From positions 1 through 45,853 of IMG/VR virus record IMGVR_UViG_3300033407_000030: a stretch of 45,853 nt of DNA, one strand, 5' to 3'. Position numbers and translations under genes: made by a program. Of this stretch, positions 10,406-19,247 are shown piece by piece (the stretch's first letter is position 1; each line of letters starts with the position of its first letter). The notes under the pieces were generated by a model, which saw nothing but the letters and a program-made list of their open reading frames with translations, was not told the origin of the DNA and did not search any database. The DNA comes from a virus (Duplodnaviria > Caudoviricetes).

Positions 10406-12743
10406 TCTTATACCCCACTTTGCTCAGTTCCTTATAAGACTTTGTGCTAATCTCAAAGTCCACTTTAATGCGCATTGGTACGTCTATGCCAGGAAACTGT
10501 ACTGGGACATCCATACATTCTTTTTGTATTTCCAAAGCTTCTAGTAGCCGGTCTGCCAGTACTTGACTTATTATGCTGTCATGAATTTGGCCCTTCAATC
10601 TGTACACTCCCAGCCACTCCTGTGCTGCTGTCAACCTGTCATAGACAGCACGCATAGCCTTGTTAAGCAGGAAGACAGAAAGGTTCTGAGGCTGGTGCGC
10701 TACTGCACTACGCAGTACCGCATGATGGCGTGTCGGGTCACCAAAGAATAACCTAGTCCAACCCAGTACAGAGACAATCTTTCCTTCTCTTACTAAGGTA
10801 TCCGCTGTCTTTTTATACCACTTGCGTATCTCAGGGAAGGGGCTATGGTAGGTATTGATTAAGAAACTGGCAAAATCAAATACCTTCATACGCTTAGCTT
10901 GCTGCCCATAGTTTAATTTAGGAGCTGAATTATCTAGATTGATTCCTAGAATAGAAGCACCTAACTGCATGTTCTCCACGCCCATGTTCTCAGTGAAGGT
11001 CTTACTCCCCATCATGTAATTAGTACCGTGGACTATTTTCTTCATAACCTTATTACGCATCTCGTCACTTACATCTTCGTAAGCGAAGTGGAAGAAGATA
11101 ACAGCTAGGTTCTTATAGAAGTCTCGCTCTTCGTCAGAGACTGCTTTAATAAGAGCCATGCAACAAGATATGAAAGCTGTGCATACTGCTTCTGCTTTGG
11201 AGAAGTCAGCATTAACCCATATAAACCCTTCATCCGGTACTAGCTGGGCCTTGCCATAACTGGGGATATTCTGCGCTTGAGTTCCGCAATTGAAATTGCT
11301 GGCCCTACTCGCCATGCGCCCAGTATCAGTAGCCCATGGGTTCAACTCATACAGGAGTCTTCCACTCTTCTGTAGGTATCTGAAGTAGGTACCTATGGCT
11401 TTATTATTTTTCTTATAGATTATAATCTCCGTAGTGAACCTAGCTAGGATAGGGTGCTGATTAGCTACGGCAATGAGGTTCTTCTCATCCGTGCAAGACT
11501 TTGATTTACCTATCTTAGGTTTACTTGCCCCCAGTACTCCATAGATAAGATGTTCTACTTGCTGCCAGCTGCCAGGGTTGAAGCTGGCATCTGCTGCCAT
11601 AAGACGGAGTATGCGAAGGGAAGCATTCTTTTTCTTCTTCGCTTCTTCTAGTACTATAACCCTTACTTTATTATCTACTTTAGCTCCTTCGAAAGCCGAG
11701 TACATACAAGGGTATACCATTTTAAAAGTCATGGCATTGTTTATATGCACCCAATTATCTGTAGCGCACATCTGCATAACAGCAATCATAAGGGTCCAAT
11801 AAGTATCATCCATATTGTAGATCAGCAATTGATCTATGTTTCCCTGTTTAGCTGCAAGCTTGGATTTATATTTCCAATAGGAATAGTGCGGGAATAAGTA
11901 AGAGGCTACAAAGGCAAGCGCTTTTGGGAGCTCAGCGTATTCCGCATGAGCTGCTCCCATAGTATCCCATACGTAATTACGAGGGTGCGCACCATAGTTA
12001 ATCAGATGCGTTAGATCGTATACACCATTATGAAATACCTTAGGAGTAGGAAGGTCTAATGCTGTTCGTAGCCAGCGAATGACTTCCTCAAATTCTCCTA
12101 ATGACCATACCTCTTCTCTGAACCCAGTAAAAGGGATTCCGTAGGATAGGATAGATCCATCTTGAAGCAGCATGGATACGCTGATTGAAGTAATGTATAT
12201 GGGTTTAACTTCTAGGCTAAGATCCCCAGCTTCCATCCCACGTTTAGTAGTGGCCCGGCCATAGTATTTATCTATCTCTTCCCCATTAGTCTCAATATCC
12301 CATGCACTTAAAACGGCGCCTTGCAAATCTCGTAAGCAAGAATCCAACTGCGATACCCTTTGCACTTTGACACGCTTATGCTCTGGCCCGGTAAACCCAT
12401 AGTAGGGGATCTTATCCAGGTCACTGCCCAATAGCCACTTACCATGGTTGACGGTTACCATATGTGCCATAGGATTAATGATCAGAACTGGTACATCATA
12501 CTTAAGTACGCTACCTCGCCAATCATCCAGTGTGGCTTTTGGATCTCCTATCAGAGCTTGAAGTGTACGCGCGTTGGCTACTACAATAAAGCTCGCGTTA
12601 CACTGCTTGGCTGCGTGCTGAAGTTGCGTGCTGGTAAGAACCTTAGAGGTAATAGCAGCAGAGTGCTGCCTCTTAGACAGCTCAACTTGAAACATCGGGA
12701 GATACTGTTTCTCCGGTGCCGTATAATTAAACAATAATAGCAT
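10374..12743 (-). CDS. Family A DNA polymerase with 3'-5' exonuclease and a degenerate N-terminal UDG-like domain
   Basis: ExoI WDIET, ExoII FHNGVYD, ExoIII YNMDD, TDTGRMAS, motif A ADFSKAE, motif B RNKVMKKIVHGTNY, motif C QIHDS. Start moved to ATG 12743 behind RBS AGGAG (track start 12836). Confidence 0.93.
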   Translation of the reverse strand: MLLLFNYTAPEKQYLPMFQVELSKRQHSAAITSKVLTSTQLQHAAKQCNASFIVVANARTLQALIGDPKATLDDWRGSVLKYDVPVLIINPMAHMVTVNHGKWLLGSDLDKIPYYGFTGPEHKRVKVQRVSQLDSCLRDLQGAVLSAWDIETNGEEIDKYYGRATTKRGMEAGDLSLEVKPIYITSISVSMLLQDGSILSYGIPFTGFREEVWSLGEFEEVIRWLRTALDLPTPKVFHNGVYDLTHLINYGAHPRNYVWDTMGAAHAEYAELPKALAFVASYLFPHYSYWKYKSKLAAKQGNIDQLLIYNMDDTYWTLMIAVMQMCATDNWVHINNAMTFKMVYPCMYSAFEGAKVDNKVRVIVLEEAKKKKNASLRILRLMAADASFNPGSWQQVEHLIYGVLGASKPKIGKSKSCTDEKNLIAVANQHPILARFTTEIIIYKKNNKAIGTYFRYLQKSGRLLYELNPWATDTGRMASRASNFNCGTQAQNIPSYGKAQLVPDEGFIWVNADFSKAEAVCTAFISCCMALIKAVSDEERDFYKNLAVIFFHFAYEDVSDEMRNKVMKKIVHGTNYMMGSKTFTENMGVENMQLGASILGINLDNSAPKLNYGQQAKRMKVFDFASFLINTYHSPFPEIRKWYKKTADTLVREGKIVSVLGWTRLFFGDPTRHHAVLRSAVAHQPQNLSVFLLNKAMRAVYDRLTAAQEWLGVYRLKGQIHDSIISQVLADRLLEALEIQKECMDVPVQFPGIDVPMRIKVDFEISTKSYKELSKVGYKNGRFILPEVF

Positions 12744-12817
12744 ACCCACTCCTGTTCTGGCATTGCAATAAACATAAGAAAGCCCCCTAGCTCTTATACT
12801 AGGAGGCTGTATTATAT

Positions 12818-13309
12818 CTATTTTACCAGGCTCCAATCATTGGCAAGCATATCAGACTGCGAAGGTGCCCAACCCGGTTGCCATTGCCCCTGTGCATTGA
12901 ACATAGCAAAGTACCCCTGACTGTCGAGGGGAGTATTTTCACCGATCCACTTTGCGGTGCGATCGTTTACTTTACGATCCGTGTCTTGCGTACTAAAAGG
13001 GGGGAGATACATAGGAGCCATAAAGACCACAAACATATTCTTTCCGTTCCAGCCAGCCCGCGCTAGCTTCTTACCCTCTTTCAAAAAGTGTATAGCATCC
13101 CCAAAGTTGAGGTTTCGCATGCTACGATAGCCTTCAAAGAATACGTCCTTCGGACACCAACTGGTGTGCCCTGTATTATAAGTTACCAATACACCGGAAT
13201 GGTGATCCGGAACTATGTTATTAAAGATAGATATCCCTTCGGTGCTATTATACTCACCCAGTGTCATACCTTCGTACGCTTCTACTATTGTAGTTCCAAT
13301 ATATTGCAT
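12818..13309 (-). CDS. DUF2829 / Tad2-like nucleotide-sponge domain fused to an N-terminal YIGT...PKDVF domain
   Basis: NFGDAIHFLKEGKKLARAGWNGKNMF and WAPSQSDMLANDW are hallmarks of DUF2829 (Tad2 family). Confidence 0.8.
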   Translation of the reverse strand: MQYIGTTIVEAYEGMTLGEYNSTEGISIFNNIVPDHHSGVLVTYNTGHTSWCPKDVFFEGYRSMRNLNFGDAIHFLKEGKKLARAGWNGKNMFVVFMAPMYLPPFSTQDTDRKVNDRTAKWIGENTPLDSQGYFAMFNAQGQWQPGWAPSQSDMLANDWSLVK

Positions 13310-13342
13310 TAGGGAGGACCTTATATTAGGAGGCTAGAAACT

Positions 13343-13373
13343 AAAAGGGGCGACCGACTAAGCCGATCGCCCC
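13343..13373 (-). terminator. Rho-independent terminator
   Basis: Minus strand GGGGCGATCGGC-TTA-GTCGGTCGCCCC followed by TTTT. Confidence 0.8.
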
Positions 13374-13695
13374 AGTAAGTATTTTAATGCCGTACTCAGG
13401 GCTCGCCGCGATGCTAGTTTATGAACTAGCCAGGCCGTAGGCAACGGTTGCCAGGAAGGTAAGGGGAGTAGAAAAAGTCGGAGCTCTTATCTGGAGCATA
13501 TAGCCACCTCTTTTCGCCTAATTGCGATGCGGACCCTTGCAAGGGTTGGTTAAGGGACGCTAGTAGTTTACCGACATACTCAGGTCTGTATCGAACCCCA
13601 GGTCATAGGGCGGGTCTCCGTATAAGTACAAGGCTTATGCTAGAGTGCTCATTGCGACGCTAAACTGAGCAGGGCGGGCGCCAGGGGGTAAACTA
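13343..13695 (-). ncRNA. Candidate structured non-coding RNA or long structured 3' UTR
   Basis: About 350 nt without a track ORF in a dense genome, with many hairpins, a perfect 9-bp long-range stem (13564-13572 with 13687-13695) and a terminator at the end. Confidence 0.5.
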
Positions 13696-13696
13696 A

Positions 13697-14179
13697 TTAG
13701 CTCTGGTGGAACGGCCGAACGCTGGTATTTTCGTACCCGTTATTATCCTTGGTCATTACCACGGCAGTAACCGCTTCAATACTCTGGAGTTCCGTAAAGA
13801 TATCGCGCAGCGACAACGGGGAAAGCTCTTCGGTAGGAACGTTAAGCAGCTGTGCCGCCTGACGCTTGAAGAAAGCCTGCCCTTTATCAGCGTACATAAA
13901 GGTATCGCTGAACATAGAGCCTTCCGCTACTGCAACGTCCTTTTCCGGATTATCCATTTCGTCCACGCTAATCACCTGATAGGTAAGGCGAATGCGCACT
14001 TGATTGGGCAGGTCAGGCTCATTGTTCTTGCCCTTCTTAGTAAAGGTTTCCAGCTTTACTTCAGGGACCGCCAGAGTGTACAGGCCGTTAGGAGGGGTTA
14101 CGTAGTTAGGCAAGTTTTCGATAGCAGAAAGATCGGCGTCGAGTAGGGAGTCAAGATCGAGTAGAGTGTCATTGCTCAT
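13697..14179 (-). CDS. Putative single-stranded DNA-binding protein (DUF669-like)
   Basis: Acidic N-terminus then PPNGLYTLAVPEVKLE, typical of phage OB-fold SSB-like proteins. Directly downstream of the Sak4-like ATPase. Confidence 0.6.
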   Translation of the reverse strand: MSNDTLLDLDSLLDADLSAIENLPNYVTPPNGLYTLAVPEVKLETFTKKGKNNEPDLPNQVRIRLTYQVISVDEMDNPEKDVAVAEGSMFSDTFMYADKGQAFFKRQAAQLLNVPTEELSPLSLRDIFTELQSIEAVTAVVMTKDNNGYENTSVRPFHQS

Positions 14180-14268
14180 AGTGTCATACCTTGCTAGTGC
14201 GATATAGTGTCAAAGGAGTTCGGTTTTGAATCAACCGAACTCCATAATAATGGGTTTCCGGAATTTTT

Positions 14269-15201
14269 TCAACCTCGATTTTTCAATAGGCTCCCCCTCC
14301 TAGGTACGTTACTGGGTGCAGAGTTAGCAGTAGCTGTAACTTCATTCTCCATTGTTGCAGTATCAAACAAAGGTGCCAGACTAGCCTCCTTCATGTTCTC
14401 AAGTTCAATCCCACGCCGGCTACCAGTAAGGCATTGCTTGGAGAAGTTTGTCTTACTACCGGCAATATGCTTTCCTACCTTCATCTTAGTAGTTATCACA
14501 GTACCGAAATACTTGGCTACCTTGTGACAGAAATTACGAGTGCCACACATAGGAAAGAACTTGTCTACTCCATCCTGGTCAGGTAATAGAATCTCATGCG
14601 TAACACAAACAAAGTTGCAGTACTTGGCTTGCTGTACTACGGATAGGCAATCGCCTAGCCACTTCCCTTGCGCGGCGTAGTCGTCCCACTCCATCTTAGC
14701 AGTATCCGAGCGCCCTAGCATGATACCAGCAGCAGCAGAATCCCCAAGCTGACTAAGCGAGTCTGTAATAACAACATCGCGCAAGGTTAGTTTAGACATT
14801 TGGAACTTTAGTATATCAGGATCCTCCCCTCTCGGAGCCTGTGGTTGAAGTTTACCATCGGACATGCGAATATAAATTGGGGCTTTCATACTATTCATGA
14901 CCTTAAGCATGGTCTCAATAGCATGAGGCTCCCGGACATTGTCTGAGATATTGACTACTACTATCTTGGCAGCAGCTTTTTCAGACAGCTTGCCAGCCTT
15001 CAACATCCATAGCATAACCTCCCAACTATTTTCGTTGTCAAAGAAGTATACATTATCTATGTTATCAGACTCAGCACAGGTAGCTGCTAGAGCTGACTTA
15101 CCAGATTTAGGGGCACCATATACTAGAATAGAATGCCCCCTTGTTACTTCATCTCTATCCTTGGCGTCTTGTAATGCTTTAGCCAGCTCTAGTACGTTCA
15201 T
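14269..15201 (-). CDS. AAA_24 / Sak4-like RecA-fold ATPase
   Basis: ILVYGAPKSGKS (Walker A), FFDNEN, VVITDSLSQL (Walker B), FVCVTHE. Confidence 0.8.
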   Translation of the reverse strand: MNVLELAKALQDAKDRDEVTRGHSILVYGAPKSGKSALAATCAESDNIDNVYFFDNENSWEVMLWMLKAGKLSEKAAAKIVVVNISDNVREPHAIETMLKVMNSMKAPIYIRMSDGKLQPQAPRGEDPDILKFQMSKLTLRDVVITDSLSQLGDSAAAGIMLGRSDTAKMEWDDYAAQGKWLGDCLSVVQQAKYCNFVCVTHEILLPDQDGVDKFFPMCGTRNFCHKVAKYFGTVITTKMKVGKHIAGSKTNFSKQCLTGSRRGIELENMKEASLAPLFDTATMENEVTATANSAPSNVPRRGSLLKNRG

Positions 15202-15210
15202 GGTTACTCC

Positions 15211-15969
15211 TTATTCAACTATGGTGTCGCTATTTACCTGCGCTTTCCAGAAGAAAGGCCTCAGGTCTAAAGCCTGCGCCTTCAAGTATGATACGGGTTT
15301 CATTATTTTATTATCACTCCTCCTGCGGAATACCCCATAGCGCACCCCATTATGTATCATAACAGTGCCAAGCACTTCCTGCCCTGCATCTACGTAGTGG
15401 GCGCAGGTCTCCTGTATTGCCCATATGGTTACAGAAGGTATGAACTTGGAATGATTATCCTCTAATATAGCTCGCAGTGCCGCTGCGCTATCTATATCGA
15501 GCTCTCTCTGCAAACGCCATAACCAATAGCATGACGCACTCAGAATCATGTTAGCGGTTATTATGCCAAATTTCCCTTCTGTATCTACTGGTGCCATCCA
15601 TAGGCTCCCAGCTCTTTCCTTAATATAAGGCCCTGGTAGCGGCTTCGCGCTGTCGAACCCCTCCAGCGTCAGCCTAAGCGTTTCAAGCTCAGTGTGCCGT
15701 AAGTAGCAAAGATATGCCGCTGTTACGAATACATCGCACACCCCATCCAAAAGCTCAGCATAATCGGTGGCCTTATTTGTCTCCAAAAGCTCCGACTTTA
15801 TCCTGCGTGTTTGATTAGGCAAAGCTACTGCATAATTTGGGTCCAATGAAGTAGAGGCCCTGCCTGTAAAATTAGGGCGGCACGGGTTCCCTGCTAGTAT
15901 ATTCCAATCTACCACAGAATTATAGCATTCCCGCAACTCTAGTATAAACTGATCGTATGTAATATGCAT
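15211..15969 (-). CDS. MazG-like nucleotide pyrophosphohydrolase
   Basis: SELLE...ELLDGVCDVFVTA acidic motif, then NHSKF and RRSDNKIMKP typical of phage all-alpha NTP-PPases. Confidence 0.7.
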   Translation of the reverse strand: MHITYDQFILELRECYNSVVDWNILAGNPCRPNFTGRASTSLDPNYAVALPNQTRRIKSELLETNKATDYAELLDGVCDVFVTAAYLCYLRHTELETLRLTLEGFDSAKPLPGPYIKERAGSLWMAPVDTEGKFGIITANMILSASCYWLWRLQRELDIDSAAALRAILEDNHSKFIPSVTIWAIQETCAHYVDAGQEVLGTVMIHNGVRYGVFRRRSDNKIMKPVSYLKAQALDLRPFFWKAQVNSDTIVE

Positions 15970-16595
15970 TATAGTACCCCCAGTGCTGTCATTGACTGTT
16001 TAATATACACGATCTCATCCTGGCAGTCAAGGATGGGATTATGTGTAGCATGTCGCACCTTATTCTTGTACTCCTTTTTAAAGTCTACTCCTACTTTAAG
16101 CTTAGCCAAGGCTACTACTGTAGGTACGTCCAACCAGGAACGGAAATGCCAAGGCATAACACTACTCAGTTTACCATAGAGTTGCTCCAGATGCACCTTA
16201 TCGAAGTCTGTGCCATTGCCCCATATACAAGCAGCGTTTGGGTCTTCAAGGACTACATTGAGAAGCTGCTTGATATCACTCACATGATCATTCCACTCCC
16301 CACGGTCTACCTTAATAAAGGCATCCGCATCCCGTAACGCATCTCGAATGCTAGAACGCTTAGTAAAGTCAGGGTCTATCTTATCCCACCATGCATAATC
16401 AGACTGCATATGCAGGGTCTTTTCTTGAAACCTCAGATCATAATCAACTGCTACTACGAACTTCTTATCATCCTTGTAATTAAAGAAATAGAATACTGCC
16501 GCCCATACGGGGCAGCCATCATGGATGCCATAGGTTTCTATATCTACCACACAAGCATCAAATGTATTTGCGGGCTTAAGAATTGCATTAACCAT
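15969..16595 (-). CDS. DEDDh 3'-5' exonuclease (Rv2179c/DUF5051-like)
   Basis: VVDIET, IWGNGTDFD, PWHFRSWLD, HNPILDC. Confidence 0.85.
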   Translation of the reverse strand: MVNAILKPANTFDACVVDIETYGIHDGCPVWAAVFYFFNYKDDKKFVVAVDYDLRFQEKTLHMQSDYAWWDKIDPDFTKRSSIRDALRDADAFIKVDRGEWNDHVSDIKQLLNVVLEDPNAACIWGNGTDFDKVHLEQLYGKLSSVMPWHFRSWLDVPTVVALAKLKVGVDFKKEYKNKVRHATHNPILDCQDEIVYIKQSMTALGVL

Positions 16596-16600
16596 TTTAA

Positions 16601-16780
16601 TTACCTATCTGTTGTAGTAAATTTATCAGCGCAATGCCTACACTTCCAGTCTACATTGAGATTAGCGTCGCTGTAGCGGATAAGCTGCACTTGGGTAGTG
16701 CCGCATTTAAGGCATGGGGGTACCTTTTTATATAACGCTTCCCTCCTATCTGAGAGCCTCTGTATATCAGGGCGTGCCAT
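16601..16780 (-). CDS. Small zinc-ribbon protein (59 aa), not in the ORF track
   Basis: MARPDIQRLSDRREALYKKVPPCLKCGTTQVQLIRYSDANLNVDWKCRHCADKFTTTDR. RBS GAGGTG. Two CxxC motifs. Confidence 0.7.
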   Translation of the reverse strand: MARPDIQRLSDRREALYKKVPPCLKCGTTQVQLIRYSDANLNVDWKCRHCADKFTTTDR

Positions 16781-16802
16781 GTTACACCTCTATTTTCTTC
16801 TA

Positions 16803-16939
16803 GTTACGTTAGGCATGGTTGACAGTAGATACTATGGCAGGTCGTTTAGCGGCAAGGCAGGCCCCAAAGCTGAAGCTTTGGAAGCCCGCTCGCTAAACGC
16901 TACGACGCAGCCATTCTACTGTCAATCAGCCACTCCACA
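16803..16939 (-). repeat. Dispersed structured element, copy E2
   Basis: Minus strand GGAGTGGCT..TTGACAGTAGA...TAGCGT...GGCTTCCAAAGCTTCAGCTTTGG...TCTACTGTCAA..ATGCCTAACGTAAC. Perfect 11-bp outer stem. Confidence 0.85.
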
Positions 16940-17377
16940 GCGCAGCTCCTCGCGAACCTGCATTAGTATACTACCCAGCTGGTTAAGCCCTACACCCTGG
17001 CACACCCCCCAATACGTATCCCCCCATGGGTTCGTCTCCTCTAGGTAGGCATCCCCTGTCGCAAGGAGCTTTAGCTTAAGGTGATAATGCTGGGTGAACT
17101 TAGCGCGCACGGCGCCTTCCATTATATCATATTTCTCGGCATCCCAGCTTACGCGAACATCGCATTCCCGGCCAAGCTTTTTAGCCAGCGCAGCACTAGC
17201 CGCATTCAGTATCCTAGCCTTCTGTGCTAGATTATCAGTCTTGCTAGCCTGATAGATGTGTTCTACTGAGCGCACCCAGTACCCGTGGATCTCAATCTCA
17301 GGGAAGGCGTAGAAGTTGGAAAGGAACCTGTACTCATTTTGAAAGCCTTGTATCTTATTCACCCGCGCTACCCCCAT
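16922..17377 (-). CDS. NADAR family protein (YbiA-like N-glycosidase / ADP-ribosylhydrolase)
   Basis: FLSNFY, SVEHIYQASK, AKKLGR, W...K..IM...VRAKFTQ, LLATGDAYLEE, DTYWG, GLNQLG.ILM.VR. Start may be GTG at 17362. Confidence 0.92.
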   Translation of the reverse strand: MGVARVNKIQGFQNEYRFLSNFYAFPEIEIHGYWVRSVEHIYQASKTDNLAQKARILNAASAALAKKLGRECDVRVSWDAEKYDIMEGAVRAKFTQHYHLKLKLLATGDAYLEETNPWGDTYWGVCQGVGLNQLGSILMQVREELRCGVAD

Positions 17378-17663
17378 ATAGCAGCCTGTTATCTGGAGCG
17401 TAGGAATCAGCTACCGGGCCCATCAATCTTTTATCAAGCTTTTTCTTCACCTCTTTCCATTCCTCGTAAGGTAGGAACGGTGGGGCGTCCTGAATAAGCG
17501 CGTCTATCTCTACACAGGTTTCCGCCACTTCTATAATATCTCCGTTTACAAGACGGAGTGTAGTCGTATTATACGGGGCAGCGCGTACTCCATAAGATAC
17601 GATGTGATCCGTGTTGATTCGGGTTCTATTCATCTTATCTTTGTGTAATATGATCCACATCAT
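17355..17663 (-). CDS. Hypothetical protein, FlbD-like small beta domain
   Basis: RINTDHIVSY...TTLRLVNGDIIEVAETCVEI pattern. Start moved to ATG 17663 (ATGA overlap). Confidence 0.55.
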   Translation of the reverse strand: MMWIILHKDKMNRTRINTDHIVSYGVRAAPYNTTTLRLVNGDIIEVAETCVEIDALIQDAPPFLPYEEWKEVKKKLDKRLMGPVADSYAPDNRLLYGGSAGE

Positions 17664-18154
17664 AGTTTCCTCAACGAAGGGGATGAAACCGCCTTGGGGT
17701 AGTTTGTATGCTTCAATGCAATCCGGAGCTCTCGCATTAGGCGGGTATGCCTGCGTCTCTCCCATTCGTCTGGGCTAGCCCAGCCCCTTGCATTCATCAG
17801 CATCATATCCATGCCCTCCAATGCTGTTATCACGTCAAGCCTAGTAGCCGCTGGGATCTTATCAGAGCGTAGAAGCCCCAGCACCTTATTTTTACGCTGC
17901 GTGTGCGTAGTCCTGTGAAACCGTACACCTACATCGCGCAGCGTACGTATCATATGGGTACCCCCTGGGAAGATATGCATCCTACAGAAAGTGTTAGGTA
18001 TTAAACCCTTTGGCCTCTTAGCACGGTTAATAGTATCTCGGGCTTCTTCTAATGCTAAAGCCCAAGGGTGCTCATCTGCACTTACACACGGAACATCTGA
18101 TAACAGCTCTGTGTACCCTTGGAATGGTTCTATTATATAATGCATCTTAATCAT
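17660..18154 (-). CDS. Hypothetical basic protein
   Basis: ATGA overlaps at both ends. Confidence 0.65.
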   Translation of the reverse strand: MIKMHYIIEPFQGYTELLSDVPCVSADEHPWALALEEARDTINRAKRPKGLIPNTFCRMHIFPGGTHMIRTLRDVGVRFHRTTHTQRKNKVLGLLRSDKIPAATRLDVITALEGMDMMLMNARGWASPDEWERRRHTRLMRELRIALKHTNYPKAVSSPSLRKL

Positions 18155-19107
18155 AGTGTTACCTCTTTGCCATGCACTCTGTGTATATGATCCTCTATTA
18201 CTGCGTTTAAGTCATAGACGAAGGTATACTCTGTTTCATCCGCCTTAAAGGGTCGTACCCTGTCTTGGCTAGTCAGATGGCACACTCCATAGTGCCGGCA
18301 GGTTTTGTTAAACATGATACACCCACTACTGCGGCGTGGAAAATCACCTAGCTCCATGCTAGTTCTGATCCTTCTTACTTCCTGTAGCAGCCCCATGAAC
18401 CACTGCAGTCTGTCTACTAGTCCCTTGTCAAAAGCATGCAGCTCAGGCTTAGTGTAGTCTGAGAACATGGTCTTACCTAGTCTGCCTGCAAGATACAAGG
18501 TTTTGTAGGAGGCTTGTTCCTCTCCTGTTATGGCATCCAAGGCTATGGAGTAACCTATTACCTGGCCGGAAAACTTATACAGTGGGGCTATGTCATGCAA
18601 TTGCAGCCCCGTGGTCTTCACGTCCAGCACAGCGTACTGCCCGGTCTCCTTGTTACGCAAGACAACGTCCATATAGCCTACGTAATAGAAGATGGAATCA
18701 ATGTTGATTCTAAAGGACAGCTCAATGGCAGGTTGATCGTTAAAGTAGGCAATATCCCATTCTTCTAAAATGGCTTCTAATAAAGGGATGCTTTTCAACG
18801 CTAGATCTACGAACGTCTCTTGATTCTTGACTCCGTATTCTATGATGGGCCAATACTCTAACCAGCCTTCGAGCAAGCTAAGCTCCTCAGATTGAGTATA
18901 CAGATAGGACTGCACAAAGGCCCCATACGCGTGGCCAAAGCTAAAGTGTACAGACTCCTCTCTGTCCATACCCAAGGTAAGGATCTTTTCTATCTCAAAC
19001 TTGCGGTCGCACTGAGCCAGCGTCTCCAGTGTACTATGCGATAGCCTAATAAAAGGCTCGTCCTCCTTCGCCCACTCGGGCCTCTCTACGTAAGATAGTG
19101 CAGTCAT
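18151..19107 (-). CDS. PD-(D/E)XK exonuclease, Cas4/RecB-like with probable Fe-S cluster
   Basis: LSHS...C near the N-terminus, GYMD, VLDVKTT, QVIGY and C-terminal C...C.....C. Confidence 0.85.
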   Translation of the reverse strand: MTALSYVERPEWAKEDEPFIRLSHSTLETLAQCDRKFEIEKILTLGMDREESVHFSFGHAYGAFVQSYLYTQSEELSLLEGWLEYWPIIEYGVKNQETFVDLALKSIPLLEAILEEWDIAYFNDQPAIELSFRINIDSIFYYVGYMDVVLRNKETGQYAVLDVKTTGLQLHDIAPLYKFSGQVIGYSIALDAITGEEQASYKTLYLAGRLGKTMFSDYTKPELHAFDKGLVDRLQWFMGLLQEVRRIRTSMELGDFPRRSSGCIMFNKTCRHYGVCHLTSQDRVRPFKADETEYTFVYDLNAVIEDHIHRVHGKEVTL

Positions 19108-19247
19108 GGCAGCACCCCTGTTACAATAATGGTAAGCAGCATACCCGCCAGTCCTACTGCCATTACCCAGCCGCGCTTACCTTCCTGCATGGCACCGAAG
19201 AAGGTTACCGTGCAGAAGAATATGTAGATAAGCAGTGGCCAGTTCAT
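19104..19247 (-). CDS. Small two-helix membrane protein (47 aa), not in the ORF track
   Basis: MNWPLLIYIFFCTVTFFGAMQEGKRGWVMAVGLAGMLLTIIVTGVLP. ATGA overlaps at both ends. Confidence 0.65.
   Translation of the reverse strand: MNWPLLIYIFFCTVTFFGAMQEGKRGWVMAVGLAGMLLTIIVTGVLP

Noticed and set aside
13575-13620. GGTTCGAT on the - strand resembling a tRNA T-loop
   Set aside because: The flanks do not form a 5-bp T stem, and no acceptor, D or anticodon arms can be built.
18151-19107. Cas4-like nuclease as part of a CRISPR-Cas system
   Set aside because: There is no array and no other cas gene. Stand-alone Cas4-like exonucleases are common in phage recombination modules.
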